From: Acidimicrobiia bacterium
GTDB taxonomy: Bacteria > Actinomycetota > Acidimicrobiia > Acidimicrobiales > CAIXPF01
DNA: 64,000 nt
Assembly: GCA_947476745.1 (NCBI GenBank)
Contig: CANJRG010000001.1
Coordinates: 457,616-521,615, forward strand
Reading direction: 5' to 3'
The translations under genes and the position numbers were made by a program. The notes under the pieces were generated by a model. It ran no database searches, had not been told where the DNA came from, and saw only the letters and a program-made list of their open reading frames with translations. Shown here one piece after another: positions 35,346 through 45,209 of this stretch (position 1 is the first letter of the stretch; every line of letters starts with the position of its first letter).

Positions 35346-35759
35346 ATGACCATCGGCCCCGTCGAATACATCCTCGTCGAGTTCCCGGAAAACCGCTTCA
35401 CCGGTGAGATCGTGCCTGCGCTAGCCGAGCTGATCGCCTCGCGGATCGTCCGGCTGATTGACGCGGTGTTCATCACCAAGGACGAGGCGGGCATCGTGCT
35501 CTACGAGGAGTACGACGCCGCGGAGATCGGCGACGGGTTCGGCTTCGCCGACCTCGAGGGCGAGGTCGGATTGTTCAACGAGGAGGACATCGTCATCGCC
35601 GCCGCCTCGTTGGCCCCGAACTCCTCGGCCCTGCTGCTGGTGTGGGAGGACCTGTGGGCCGCCCCGCTGGCCGGCGCCATCCGTCGCGCCGGGGGCCAGC
35701 TGCTCGACGGTGGCCGCATCCCCCACAGCCTCGTCGTCGCCGCGCTCGAGCACGACTGA
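35346..35759 (+). CDS. DUF6325-like small protein
   Basis: GPVEYILVEFPENRFTGEIVPAL and LLLVWEDLWAAP match my recollection of the DUF6325 family, which is often paired with SHOCT proteins. Confidence 0.55.
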   Translation: MTIGPVEYILVEFPENRFTGEIVPALAELIASRIVRLIDAVFITKDEAGIVLYEEYDAAEIGDGFGFADLEGEVGLFNEEDIVIAAASLAPNSSALLLVWEDLWAAPLAGAIRRAGGQLLDGGRIPHSLVVAALEHD

Positions 35760-35775
35760 GCGCCCCACCCCCGCA

Positions 35776-35833
35776 CCGTCAGTTCTGCATCATCCGTCAG
35801 TTCTGCATCATCCGTTACTGCAACATCCGTTCC
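35776..35833. repeat. 18-bp tandem repeat (ccgtcagttctgcatcat x2) plus degenerate third and partial fourth unit
   Basis: Units at 35776-35793 and 35794-35811 are identical. 35812-35826 is ccgttactgcaacat. This is a low-GC island in the spacer upstream of the SHOCT gene. Confidence 0.9.
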
Positions 35834-35853
35834 GAACCGAGGAGAACCTTCCC

Positions 35854-36180
35854 ATGATGAGACGAGGAATCGGCCGAGGCGGCCGCCCCGGCATGCTCGG
35901 CATCGCGGCCCGAACCGCGGTCATCGCCGGTACCGCCACAGCGGTCTCCGGCAGTGTTTCCCGACACCAGCAGGCCAAAGCGGTCCAGAAGTCCGAGGCC
36001 GGCGCCAACGAGCAGGCGCAGCTCCAACAGCAGCAGTCCGTCGCCGCGGCGCCGGTGGCCTCCAACGGCCCGACCGACGAGGACCTCGGGAAGCTGGAGA
36101 AACTCGGCGCCCTGCACGCCCAAGGCATCCTGACCGACGAGGAGTTCACCTCCCAGAAGGCCCAGATCCTGGGGCTCTGA
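35854..36180 (+). CDS. SHOCT domain-containing protein
   Basis: C-terminal LEKLGALHAQGILTDEEFTSQKAQILGL is a canonical SHOCT motif. RBS gaggag lies about 10 nt upstream. Confidence 0.75.
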   Translation: MMRRGIGRGGRPGMLGIAARTAVIAGTATAVSGSVSRHQQAKAVQKSEAGANEQAQLQQQQSVAAAPVASNGPTDEDLGKLEKLGALHAQGILTDEEFTSQKAQILGL

Positions 36181-36186
36181 CCTGTT

Positions 36187-36237
36187 CGTCGAAGGCCCGG
36201 TCCCGTCCGCTCGCCGGGCGGGGCCGGGCCTTCGACG
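36187..36237. terminator. bidirectional stem-loop between convergent genes
   Basis: A 14-bp perfect stem, cgtcgaaggcccgg (36187-36200) pairing with ccgggccttcgacg (36224-36237). No U-tract, as is common at high GC. Confidence 0.5.
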
Positions 36238-36272
36238 CGTCGGTAGCGGGCCGCAACTGGTGCGCGGTGCGA

Positions 36273-37475
36273 TCAGTCCGGGTGCGTCGCCCCGTAGCGG
36301 GCCGCAACCGGTGCGGCGCTGACGCCGTGCAGCACCACGCTGGCCACCACCGTCATCGTGATGATTCGCACCGTACGGTGCCCGTCGACCGGCGCCAGGT
36401 CGTCGTAGGCGAGCAATCCGAACACCACCGACGCCAGGCCCCGCGGGCCGAACCAGCCGATCACGCCGACCGTGGCCCGGTCGAAGCCCGCGCCGACCAG
36501 CGACAACGCCACGGGGACCAGGCGCACCGCGGTGAGGGCCAGCGCGGCGAAGAGGACCTCCCGCCAGGTGACCTCCTGCAGGATCGGCACCATCACGGCA
36601 CCGAAGATGAACCAGACCACCAACGACATCAGCCCGGCGACACCGTGGGTGAACTCCAGCGACTCCTCCAACCGGTCCGTCGTCACCGCGCCGTAGGCGA
36701 GGCCGGCCACGAAGGCGGCCACGAACCCGTTGCCACCGACGTGCACCACCCCGGCGTAGGCCAACACCGCCAGGGCGGTGGCGCCGAGCTTGCCGTACGC
36801 CGTGCCGCCGAGCCCGTAGGCCCGGGCCATCACCAGCAGCCAGCCCCCGATCGCCCCGATCAGCGCGCCGCCCACTGCTCCGAGCAGCAACTCCTTCAGA
36901 GCCCCGGTCTCCGACACCGACTGCAGCGACGTACCGGCCACCGCAGCGACCAGAAAGAACTTCACGAACGGAGTGGCGATCCCGTCGTTGAGGCCCGACT
37001 CGACGTTGAGCACCCGGCGGATGCGTCGGGGAACCCGGCTGTCCTCGATGATCGGGGCGCCGAGCGCCGCATCAGTCGGGGCGACCGCCGCCCCGATCAC
37101 CGCGCAGACCCACCAGGACAAGCCGGGGAAGATCAACTTTGCAGTGACCGTACCGGCGGCCATGGTCAGCGGCAGCCCGACGAGCAACAGCCGTCCCGGC
37201 AGGGCCGCGTCACGGGCCAGCTCGCGCACGCTGACCCCGGCGGCATCGCCGAAGAGCACGATGGCCAGGGTGAACTCGGCCAGCTCACGGATGCCGGTAG
37301 CGCCGATCCCGACGTGCAACACGCCGGTCGGACCGTTGGCCAGCACCAGGCCGACCCCGACGAGCGCGCTCGCCGCGCTGATGTTCCAGCGTTCGAGACG
37401 ATCGGAGAAGACGCTCCAGAGCACCACTGCCGCGGCGATCGCGCCCACCGCAGCCAGGTTCAGACCGTGTTCCAT
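36273..37475 (-). CDS. cation:proton antiporter (Na+/H+ exchanger family)
   Basis: About 11 hydrophobic segments. GLNDGIATPF and FGPRGLASVVF motifs are typical of CPA1-type exchangers. Confidence 0.85.
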   Translation of the reverse strand: MEHGLNLAAVGAIAAAVVLWSVFSDRLERWNISAASALVGVGLVLANGPTGVLHVGIGATGIRELAEFTLAIVLFGDAAGVSVRELARDAALPGRLLLVGLPLTMAAGTVTAKLIFPGLSWWVCAVIGAAVAPTDAALGAPIIEDSRVPRRIRRVLNVESGLNDGIATPFVKFFLVAAVAGTSLQSVSETGALKELLLGAVGGALIGAIGGWLLVMARAYGLGGTAYGKLGATALAVLAYAGVVHVGGNGFVAAFVAGLAYGAVTTDRLEESLEFTHGVAGLMSLVVWFIFGAVMVPILQEVTWREVLFAALALTAVRLVPVALSLVGAGFDRATVGVIGWFGPRGLASVVFGLLAYDDLAPVDGHRTVRIITMTVVASVVLHGVSAAPVAARYGATHPD

Positions 37476-37581
37476 GACCCCATCACCTTCACCGATCGTG
37501 ATCGCGCCGGGTTCCGAAGGGCCCGGATCGGCCGACGGGTACCCGACGGCCGAGCGTCGACGCCGCGCGCGTCACCCCAGG

Positions 37582-37817
37582 ATGGCTGATGGGACCGCGG
37601 CGACGTGGGAACCTGTGCAGCTGATCGCCGCCGAAGCGCTGCTGCCCATCCTGCCGGGCGAGACGGTGGCGGTGACCGCGGTGACCGCGGCGACCGCGGC
37701 GAGCCATGCAGGCCTGTCGATCGGGCGGGCGTTCGCCGCCGCATGTTCTGGCGCAAGGCCCAGGCCGAGCGACGCTCCGAAGAGGCGGAAACCGGAAGTG
37801 TCGCCGCCAGTCAGTAG
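37582..37817 (+). pseudogene. possible DedA/VTT-family gene remnant (internal deletion plus frameshift)
   Basis: IAAEALLPILPGETVAVTA resembles the DedA N-terminal motif. Only about 75 codons remain, and the reading frame must shift to reach the stop at 37817. Contains a 9-bp repeat (gtgaccgcg) at 37672-37698. Confidence 0.25.
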
Positions 37818-37863
37818 TGCGCCCCCGCCGGCGGGCCGCTGGTCGGCACCCGGACGGCCGATG

Positions 37864-38295
37864 TCAGTCGAGGTCGAAGCGGTACACGTTGGTGGTCCGC
37901 TGCTGGAAACCGATCCGCTGATAGAGGCGGTTGGCCGCCTCCCGGCTGGGACGGGAGGTCAGATCGACCGTCGTCGCCCCGGTGGCACGGGCCCGGACCA
38001 GAGCCTCCTCGTTGAGCGCCTCGCCGACGCCGCGTCCCCGCGCCGCGTCGTCGACCACCACGTCCTCGATCCACGCCCGCACCCCGGTGGGGATGCGGAA
38101 CACGGCCAGGGTCAGCGCACCGAGCACGGTGTCGTCGTCGTCGACCGCGAGCAGCAACTGGGTGGCGGGCGCAGCGATGATCTCGGCGAGCTCGGCCGCC
38201 GTCGGCGGGGGACTCGACGAGGAGAGCTGCGGGATCAGCATGGCGAAGGCGCGCACCAACTCGTCGGTGACGGTCGTGGCTTCGACGATCTGCAT
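37864..38295 (-). CDS. GNAT family N-acetyltransferase
   Basis: Acetyl-CoA motif A: VVVDDAARGRGVGEAL...ANRLYQRIGF. ATG at 38295. Confidence 0.85.
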   Translation of the reverse strand: MQIVEATTVTDELVRAFAMLIPQLSSSSPPPTAAELAEIIAAPATQLLLAVDDDDTVLGALTLAVFRIPTGVRAWIEDVVVDDAARGRGVGEALNEEALVRARATGATTVDLTSRPSREAANRLYQRIGFQQRTTNVYRFDLD

Positions 38296-38393
38296 GGTCG
38301 GGCAACCTACCCGCTCCGACCGGTCAGCTCGGACCGTCGGGGGTCGCGGCCGAACGGTACGGTCGCGGCCCCTGCAAGTAGGATGGAGGCCGC

Positions 38394-39230
38394 ATGGAGT
38401 CTCTTCGCTGGTCGAACCGACCACAGCTGCAGCGGCCCGTCCTTATCGCCGCCTTCGAAGGCTGGAACGACGCGGGCGATGCGGCGACCACCGCCGTCCG
38501 GTTCCTGGCCGAGCGCTGGCGGGCTCGGCCCTTCGCCACGATCGAGGCCGAGGAGTTCTTCGACTTCACCACCCACCGGCCCCTCGTGCAGCTCGATGAC
38601 GACGGCCGGCGCTCCATCACCTGGCCGCGGAACCGCTTCCTGTCGGCCTCGGTGCCCGAGCTCGGCGACGTGATCCTGCTCGACGGCACCGAGCCGGCGC
38701 TGATGTGGCGCACGTTCTGCCGCCAGATCGCCCACGTGATGGAGACCTACGACGTCTCGATGGCCTTCACCCTCGGGGCGCTGATCTCCGACGTCGCGCA
38801 CTCCCGCCCGGTGGACGTGTTCGGCAGCAGCGCCGACCCCACGCTGTCCGAGCGGTTCCACTTCGAACCCTCCATCTACGAAGGCCCCACCGGCATCGTC
38901 GGCGTGCTGCAGACCGTGCTGCACGAGGCCGGGGTCCCGTCGGGCTCGCTGTGGGCCTCCGTCCCGAGCTACGTACACGGTTCACCCTCGCCCAAGGCGG
39001 CGCTGGCCCTGGTGGACAAGCTGGCCAACCTGCTCGACGTCGGCCTGCCGACGACCGACCTGCAGATCGCCACCGCCGCCTACGAGCGCCAGGTCAACAA
39101 GCTGGTTTCCGACGACGAGGAAACAACCGAGCTGGTACGCAAGCTCGAGCAGCGCTACGACGAGATGAGCGACCCCGCCGGCCTCGTCGAAGAGGTCGAG
39201 CAGTTCCTGCGCGAGCGCCTCGACGAGTAA
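38394..39230 (+). CDS. PAC2 (proteasome assembly chaperone 2-like) family protein
   Basis: LIAAFEGWNDAGDAAT, and YEGPTGIVGVL...VPSY, are typical of actinobacterial PAC2 proteins. Confidence 0.85.
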   Translation: MESLRWSNRPQLQRPVLIAAFEGWNDAGDAATTAVRFLAERWRARPFATIEAEEFFDFTTHRPLVQLDDDGRRSITWPRNRFLSASVPELGDVILLDGTEPALMWRTFCRQIAHVMETYDVSMAFTLGALISDVAHSRPVDVFGSSADPTLSERFHFEPSIYEGPTGIVGVLQTVLHEAGVPSGSLWASVPSYVHGSPSPKAALALVDKLANLLDVGLPTTDLQIATAAYERQVNKLVSDDEETTELVRKLEQRYDEMSDPAGLVEEVEQFLRERLDE

Positions 39231-39257
39231 CCCGCAACCGTGCGGGCCGGCGTTCGC

Positions 39258-39935
39258 TCAGCCGGCGTGCGGCTTCCACACGTCAGGTCGTGGCTCGTCG
39301 AAGAAGACCTCGAAGGGTTCCCCCCTGATCGCCTGGAACACCAACTCCCACAGGTTCCCGCTCCCGGCGAGCGGTTCGGGCAGACGGTCTGCGGCGAAGA
39401 ACCCGGCGTCGAGGGTCTCGAGGGGATGCGGTGCGAGTTCGCCACCGACCGCCTCGCACACGAACACCACCGAATACAACGGAACCTGGGTGAACCCGCG
39501 TCGCATACCGTCGAGTACCCCGAGCACCCCGCGCACCTCGCAGATGATGCCGGTCTCCTCGCGGACCTCCTTCACCGCCACCTCGGCCGGCGAGTAACCG
39601 ATGTCGGCCCATCCGGTGGGATACAGCCAGACGCCCGAGTCGGAACGTTGGATCAGCAGCAGCTCGCCGGCCACGTTGCCCACCACCGCACCGACCGCCA
39701 CCTTCGGGGTGACGTAGCCGGAGCTGCCCTGGCCGACCATGCGCATCCACTCGGCGACCCGATGGTGTGGGTCGAGCTCGTGATCGGCATGGGCGCGGAT
39801 GTCCCCGGCGATGGCCAGGATCTCCTCGAAGCGTTCCCGCTCGTAGAGGCTCTGGGTGAACCCGAGGCCGGTGCGAGCCACGCCGGCGAGCGCTTCGCTC
39901 CAACGGATGAGTTCCTGGGAGGTGACCCGTTCCAT
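39258..39935 (-). CDS. NUDIX hydrolase with N-terminal Nudix_N_2-type helical domain
   Basis: Nudix box GWADIGYSPAEVAVKEVREETGI. ATG at 39935 (MERVTSQELIRW). Confidence 0.85.
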   Translation of the reverse strand: MERVTSQELIRWSEALAGVARTGLGFTQSLYERERFEEILAIAGDIRAHADHELDPHHRVAEWMRMVGQGSSGYVTPKVAVGAVVGNVAGELLLIQRSDSGVWLYPTGWADIGYSPAEVAVKEVREETGIICEVRGVLGVLDGMRRGFTQVPLYSVVFVCEAVGGELAPHPLETLDAGFFAADRLPEPLAGSGNLWELVFQAIRGEPFEVFFDEPRPDVWKPHAG

Positions 39936-39979
39936 GGACCGCCACGGTACTGGCCACCCGGGCGGGCCACCGCCCTGTG

Positions 39980-42292
39980 CTATGCACCGCCTCCGATGGC
40001 GTAGGTCAGGGCCCGTTCGATCTCTGCCAGGTAGCCGGGATCGGTGATCTTGCCCCCGCCGGCCCCGCGCACGTAGAACGCGTCCACCACGTGGTCGCCC
40101 AGCGTCTGCACCTTGGCCGAACGGATGTCCAAGTCGAGCTCGGCCATGGCCGTGGTGATGCGGTAGAGCAGCCCGATGGCGTCGAGCGCTCGCACCTCGA
40201 GCACCGTGGAGGAGGCCGAGGCGTCGTTGTCGAAGATGATCTTGTTGTCGAAGGGGGCCCAGGCCCTGGCCTGGCGGGGCCGACGCCGGCCATAGGTCCG
40301 CGCCCGCTCGGCCAGTCGGGCCCGGAGCGCGAGTCGACCCGACAGCGCCTTGTCGAGCTCGGCCCGGATGCGCGACCAGGGCGGCGTGTCCTCGAACCGG
40401 GACTCGACACGGAAGGTGCACAGGGCCGACCCGTCGTCGTCGGAGTACGCCTCGGCCGCCAGCACGTCAAGCCCGGCGAGGGCCAACACGCCGGCCACCT
40501 TGGAGAACAGGCCGGGACGGTCGGCGTCGACCACGGTGAGGGTGTGGCCTCCGGCCTGCACCCCGTACTGCTTCGCCGCCATCGCCCGTAGCTGCTCCGC
40601 GGTGGGGAACTGCGTCGCGATGGCATCGCTGATCGCCCCTCCGCCGAGCACGTGCGCGCACTTGTCCACCAGCTCGCGGACCAGACCCGCCTTCCACTCC
40701 CCCCAGGCCGCCGGCCCGGTGGCGATCGAGTCGGCCTCGGTCAGGCCGTGCAGCAGGCGCAGGGTGGCCGAGGTGCCCACGGTGTCCGCCACCGCCGTGA
40801 TGGTGGCGTCGTCGGCGAGGTCACGCCGGGTCGCCACGTCGGGTAGCAGCAGATGCAACCGGACCATGTCGACCAGCGCGTTCATGTCGGTCGGACCGAA
40901 ACCCATGCGTTCGGCGATGCCCCGGACGAGTTCCATGCCGATCTCGGTGTGGTCGTGGTCGGGATAGCCCTTGCCAATGTCGTGCAGGAGGGCACCAATG
41001 ACCAGCAGGTCGGGCCGATCGACCCGGGCGACGAGGTGGGCGGCGCCGGCGGCGGCCTCGCACAGATGCCGGTCCACGGTGAAGCGGTGGTACGCGTTGC
41101 GCTGGGGACGGCTCCGGCACGGCGCCCATTCGGGGATGACCGTCACGAACAGCCCCCAGTGATCGAGGCTCTCCACCACCGGGATCATCGGCGGGCCACA
41201 ACGCAGCAACTCGACGAACCGGGCCCGGATCTCCTCCGGCCAGGGATCCGGGAACGCCGAGCCCGACGCCGCCAGCAGCTCGAGGGTGCCGCGGGCCATG
41301 CGCACCTCGTTGTGCGCCGCCGCCAGGGCCACGTCGAGCACCTGCGCGGCGAACGCTGCCGGGTCGGCGCTGACCGGCGCGTCGAGGTGGACCTGGCCGT
41401 CGCGCAACGCCACGCCGTTGCCGAGCCGGCGTTCACGGGGGCCACGACGGAACCGCGAGCCGCCGAGCGACACCCGGTCGAAGGCGTCGTCGGTGAGCCA
41501 CTCGATCGCCCGGGCTGCACCCGCCAGCGCCGCCATGAGGGCGTCGGCGTCGCCGTAGCCGAGGGCGGCGGCAACCGCATCCTGGTCCTGCAACAGCAGC
41601 ACGTCGCTCGGCCGGGCGAGGCGGCGGTGAAGCGCCACCCGGATGTCCAGCAGCACCGTGCAGGCGTCGTCGTACACCTTGCGGTCGGGGCGCAACAGAC
41701 CGGGCTGGAGGGCCTCCAGCCAGCGCAGCACGTGGGAGTCGCGCAGCCCGCCGCGTCCGAGCTTGATGTCCGGCTCCAGCACGAAGGCGACCTCACCCGG
41801 CGTCACAGTGCGCTGCAGCAGCGCTTCGCGCAGTTTCGGCAGCCACCGGTTGGCGCTGCGCACCCACTGGGCCCGTGCCGCGCCCAGCAGCTCCTCGGCC
41901 AGCGCAGCATCCCCGGCGATCAGCCGGGTGTCGAGGTAGGCGGTGGCGGAGTCGAGTTCCTCCTCGGCGAGCCGCAGCGCCTCCTTCACCGTGGGCGTGG
42001 CGTGCCCGAGCTTCAGCCCGGTGTCCCATATCGGATACCACAACCGCTCGGCGATGGCACCCACGTCGACCCGCTGGTCGTGCAACAACAGCAGGTCGAG
42101 GTCGGAATGCGGGCACAGCTCCTTGCGCCCGAACCCGCCGACGGCGACGAGGGCCACGCCCTGCGGTGCTCCGGTAGCGCTCTGGTAGAGCTGGCGGAGC
42201 CAGCGATCGATCCGGCTGGTGTACGCCCGGCAGAAGGCGGCACCGCCCAGCGTTTCGTCCTGGAGGATGTCGTCACGGACCAGTTGCGCCAC
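39980..42292 (-). CDS. glnD: [protein-PII] uridylyl/adenylyltransferase
   Basis: NTase motif GGFGRKELCPHSDLDLLLL, HD domain (LHDIGK) and two C-terminal ACT-like regions. GTG 42292 is preferred; ATG 42367 is an alternative. Confidence 0.9.
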   Translation of the reverse strand: MAQLVRDDILQDETLGGAAFCRAYTSRIDRWLRQLYQSATGAPQGVALVAVGGFGRKELCPHSDLDLLLLHDQRVDVGAIAERLWYPIWDTGLKLGHATPTVKEALRLAEEELDSATAYLDTRLIAGDAALAEELLGAARAQWVRSANRWLPKLREALLQRTVTPGEVAFVLEPDIKLGRGGLRDSHVLRWLEALQPGLLRPDRKVYDDACTVLLDIRVALHRRLARPSDVLLLQDQDAVAAALGYGDADALMAALAGAARAIEWLTDDAFDRVSLGGSRFRRGPRERRLGNGVALRDGQVHLDAPVSADPAAFAAQVLDVALAAAHNEVRMARGTLELLAASGSAFPDPWPEEIRARFVELLRCGPPMIPVVESLDHWGLFVTVIPEWAPCRSRPQRNAYHRFTVDRHLCEAAAGAAHLVARVDRPDLLVIGALLHDIGKGYPDHDHTEIGMELVRGIAERMGFGPTDMNALVDMVRLHLLLPDVATRRDLADDATITAVADTVGTSATLRLLHGLTEADSIATGPAAWGEWKAGLVRELVDKCAHVLGGGAISDAIATQFPTAEQLRAMAAKQYGVQAGGHTLTVVDADRPGLFSKVAGVLALAGLDVLAAEAYSDDDGSALCTFRVESRFEDTPPWSRIRAELDKALSGRLALRARLAERARTYGRRRPRQARAWAPFDNKIIFDNDASASSTVLEVRALDAIGLLYRITTAMAELDLDIRSAKVQTLGDHVVDAFYVRGAGGGKITDPGYLAEIERALTYAIGGGA

Positions 42293-42441
42293 GGGACCCC
42301 CTCGGAATCGGACGCAGCAGCAAGACGCCGCCGGCTTCGGGCGGCCTCGATCGTAGGACGCCGACATCTTTCGGCCGCGGCGGAGCGGCAGCCCGCCTGC
42401 GGCGTGCCCGACCCCTTCGACCGGGCGGCAACCGCCCGGGC

Positions 42442-42792
<351 letters not shown>

Positions 42793-42835
42793 CTAGGCCG
42801 TTCCGGCCGCTCGCGGCCCGGCTCCTGCCAACCTG

Positions 42836-42863
42836 TGCCGACCACCCGGTGCCGACCACCCGG
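42836..42863. repeat. 14-bp perfect direct repeat x2 (tgccgaccacccgg) in the spacer upstream of glnB
   Basis: Read directly. It lies 53-80 nt upstream of the glnB start codon (minus strand). Confidence 0.9.
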
Positions 42864-42880
42864 GCCTTAGGCCGCGCCGC

Positions 42881-44218
42881 TCACAACGCCGCCAACAACC
42901 GCCGCGCCGCCACCTGGACCGGATCCCACAGCGGCGAGACGGGCGGCGCATAGGCGAGATCGAGGCCGACGAGGTCCTCCGCGGTCATCGATGCCGTGAG
43001 CGCCGTCGCTACCACGTCGATCCGCTTGCCGGCGCCGTCCTCACCGACGATCTGACAGCCGAGCAACCGGCCGCTGCCGACCTCGGCAAGCATCTTGACC
43101 GTCATCGGACGCGCCCCGGGCAGGTAACCGGCACGATTGGTGGCCTCCACGGTGGCGCTGACCACCCGGAACCCGGCCGCCGCCGCCTCGCGTTCGTTGA
43201 GCCCGGTTCGGGCCACCTCGGTCGAACAGATCCGGGTGACCGCCGTGCCCACCACCCCACCGAAGGTGGCATAGCCCCCGCCGAGGTTGATGCCGGCGAC
43301 CCGCCCGGTCTTGTTGGCGATGGTGCCCAACGCGAGATGCACCGGCCGTTGGGTGATGCGATGGAAGGTCTCGGCGCAGTCGCCGGCGGCGTAGACGCCC
43401 TCTGCACCGGCGGCCTGCCGGCGGTCGACGCGGATCGCCCCGCCCGCACCGAGCGCCAAGCCGGCTTCCGCGGCCAACGCGGCGTTGGGCGCGACGCCGA
43501 TCCCGAGCACCACCAGGTCGGCGATGATCGGCCCCTCGGCGGTGAGCACCCGGCCCGGTTCGAACCCGGTGACCTCGAGGCCGGTACGCACGGCAATGCC
43601 GTGACGCCGCATGGCCTCCTCCACCCGGACCGCCATGTCGGCATCGAGGCTGGCCATGACGTGGGCGCCCCGGTCCACGACGGTGACGACCGCCCCCCAG
43701 CGCACGAAGGCCTCGGCCAACTCCAGCCCGATGTAACCGCCGCCGACCACGACCACGTTCGCGCACCGGGCGGCCTTGGCGTGGGCCAGCAGATGGCCGG
43801 CGTCGTCGAGCGTCTGGACCCCGTGCACGAACCCGGCGTCGATCCCCGGCAGGTCGGGCCGGATGGGCCGGGCCCCGGTGGCGAGGTGCAACAGGTCGAA
43901 GCCGAGTGTTATGTCCCGCTCGTGGGCGTGATCACGCACGGTCACCCGCCGGGCGTCGAGGTCGATCGCCACCGCCTCGTGGCGCATGCGGACGTCGATG
44001 CGGTGTTCCGAACGGAACTGCTGCGGGGTGCGGGCCACCAGCTCGTCGAGTGACCCCACCTCCCCACCGATCACATAGGGGATCCCACACGCCGAGTATG
44101 ACGTGTAGCCACCCTTCTCCAACGCCACGATCTCCAGATCGGGCCGCAGACGCCGGGCAGTCGCCGCCGCCGACATCCCGGCGGCATCGCCGCCGATCAC
44201 GATGAGCCGTTCAGCCAT
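42881..44218 (-). CDS. FAD-dependent pyridine nucleotide-disulfide oxidoreductase (CoA-disulfide reductase/NADH oxidase-like)
   Basis: LIVIGGDAAGMSAA FAD fold, single redox Cys motif SYSACGIPY, and second dinucleotide fold VVVVGGGYIGLE. Confidence 0.85.
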   Translation of the reverse strand: MAERLIVIGGDAAGMSAAATARRLRPDLEIVALEKGGYTSYSACGIPYVIGGEVGSLDELVARTPQQFRSEHRIDVRMRHEAVAIDLDARRVTVRDHAHERDITLGFDLLHLATGARPIRPDLPGIDAGFVHGVQTLDDAGHLLAHAKAARCANVVVVGGGYIGLELAEAFVRWGAVVTVVDRGAHVMASLDADMAVRVEEAMRRHGIAVRTGLEVTGFEPGRVLTAEGPIIADLVVLGIGVAPNAALAAEAGLALGAGGAIRVDRRQAAGAEGVYAAGDCAETFHRITQRPVHLALGTIANKTGRVAGINLGGGYATFGGVVGTAVTRICSTEVARTGLNEREAAAAGFRVVSATVEATNRAGYLPGARPMTVKMLAEVGSGRLLGCQIVGEDGAGKRIDVVATALTASMTAEDLVGLDLAYAPPVSPLWDPVQVAARRLLAAL

Positions 44219-44358
44219 GGGCGGCGACGCTAGTGGCTCACCCCACGATCACGGGCCGGGCCGGGCGTCCCGATTGGGCCGGCCCTTCTCGGCGGTTCGG
44301 GCTGCGCCGATCGCAGAGGGCCCCGACGAGCGCGGCGAGGACACCTGCGGACCCCGGC

Positions 44359-44691
44359 TCAGGACGGGTTCGCCAACCGCCGGAAGAACACCGAACGGGC
44401 CAGCACCTCGCCGACCCCGGCGGCGGTCGCTGCAGCCGCCGTGGCATCGTCGACGTGGGCCACGAAGCCGACCACGACCGCCCCGCAGCCTGCCAGCGCC
44501 TCGATCACCCCGATGCGGCCGAGGTCGACCAGGACCACGTCATGTTCCCCGAGCCCGGCCAGTTCCACCGGGCCGCGCAGGAAGGAGACCTCGGGCCGGG
44601 CCGCGCTGATACGGCTGCGGTCCATCAGGTCCGTCACCAGCGCCACCAGCCGGCCACCGGCGCCCACCGTCGGCCAGGCCCCGGAGGTCAC
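44359..44691 (-). CDS. hypothetical protein
   Basis: The GTG start overlaps the upstream stop (GTGA). The alternating hydrophobic pattern LVALVTDLMDRSR...VVLVDLGR suggests a small alpha/beta fold. No family recognised. Confidence 0.4.
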   Translation of the reverse strand: MTSGAWPTVGAGGRLVALVTDLMDRSRISAARPEVSFLRGPVELAGLGEHDVVLVDLGRIGVIEALAGCGAVVVGFVAHVDDATAAAATAAGVGEVLARSVFFRRLANPS

Positions 44692-45182
44692 CGACGGCCC
44701 CGCCGCCGGGTTAGCACCACGTGGGCCTTGGCCGCACCCCACACCAGACCCGGCTCGTGCAGGGACTCGTCGATGTCGGCGAAGGTGGCCGGCGACAGGT
44801 CGTAGTCGTCGTCGGGGAAGTTGCGCACGGCGAACTCGTCGCGTACCACCGGCGGCACGCCGGCCGCACGCAGTACCGCGGTCGGATAGACCACTGCCCG
44901 GCGCAACACCGCGAGCGGCCCGGTGCGCTGGGCGTCGACGTCGGCCTCCAGCAGCTCGCGGAGTCGGCCCACCACCACGGTCGCAGCCTCCCGGCCGGCC
45001 TCGACCGAGGCGTCCCGCAACGCCGGGCCGGGTTCGCTGCCGGTCCAGTCGGCCCATCGACGGGCCACGCTGCGCTCGACCCACGGCCCGAGGGCCGCAT
45101 CGGCGGCGTCGATCAGCGCCTCGGCGTAGGCGGCGAGCAGCTGCTCGGCCGCACCCGCGGCCTCGCCCACGTCGCCCATCAC
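44688..45182 (-). CDS. hypothetical protein
   Basis: Non-repetitive composition with third-position GC bias. Translationally coupled to the downstream ORF. No family recognised. Confidence 0.5.
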   Translation of the reverse strand: MMGDVGEAAGAAEQLLAAYAEALIDAADAALGPWVERSVARRWADWTGSEPGPALRDASVEAGREAATVVVGRLRELLEADVDAQRTGPLAVLRRAVVYPTAVLRAAGVPPVVRDEFAVRNFPDDDYDLSPATFADIDESLHEPGLVWGAAKAHVVLTRRRGRR

Positions 45183-45209
45183 TTGGCCCGGTCCGTCATC
45201 ACGCCCGGC

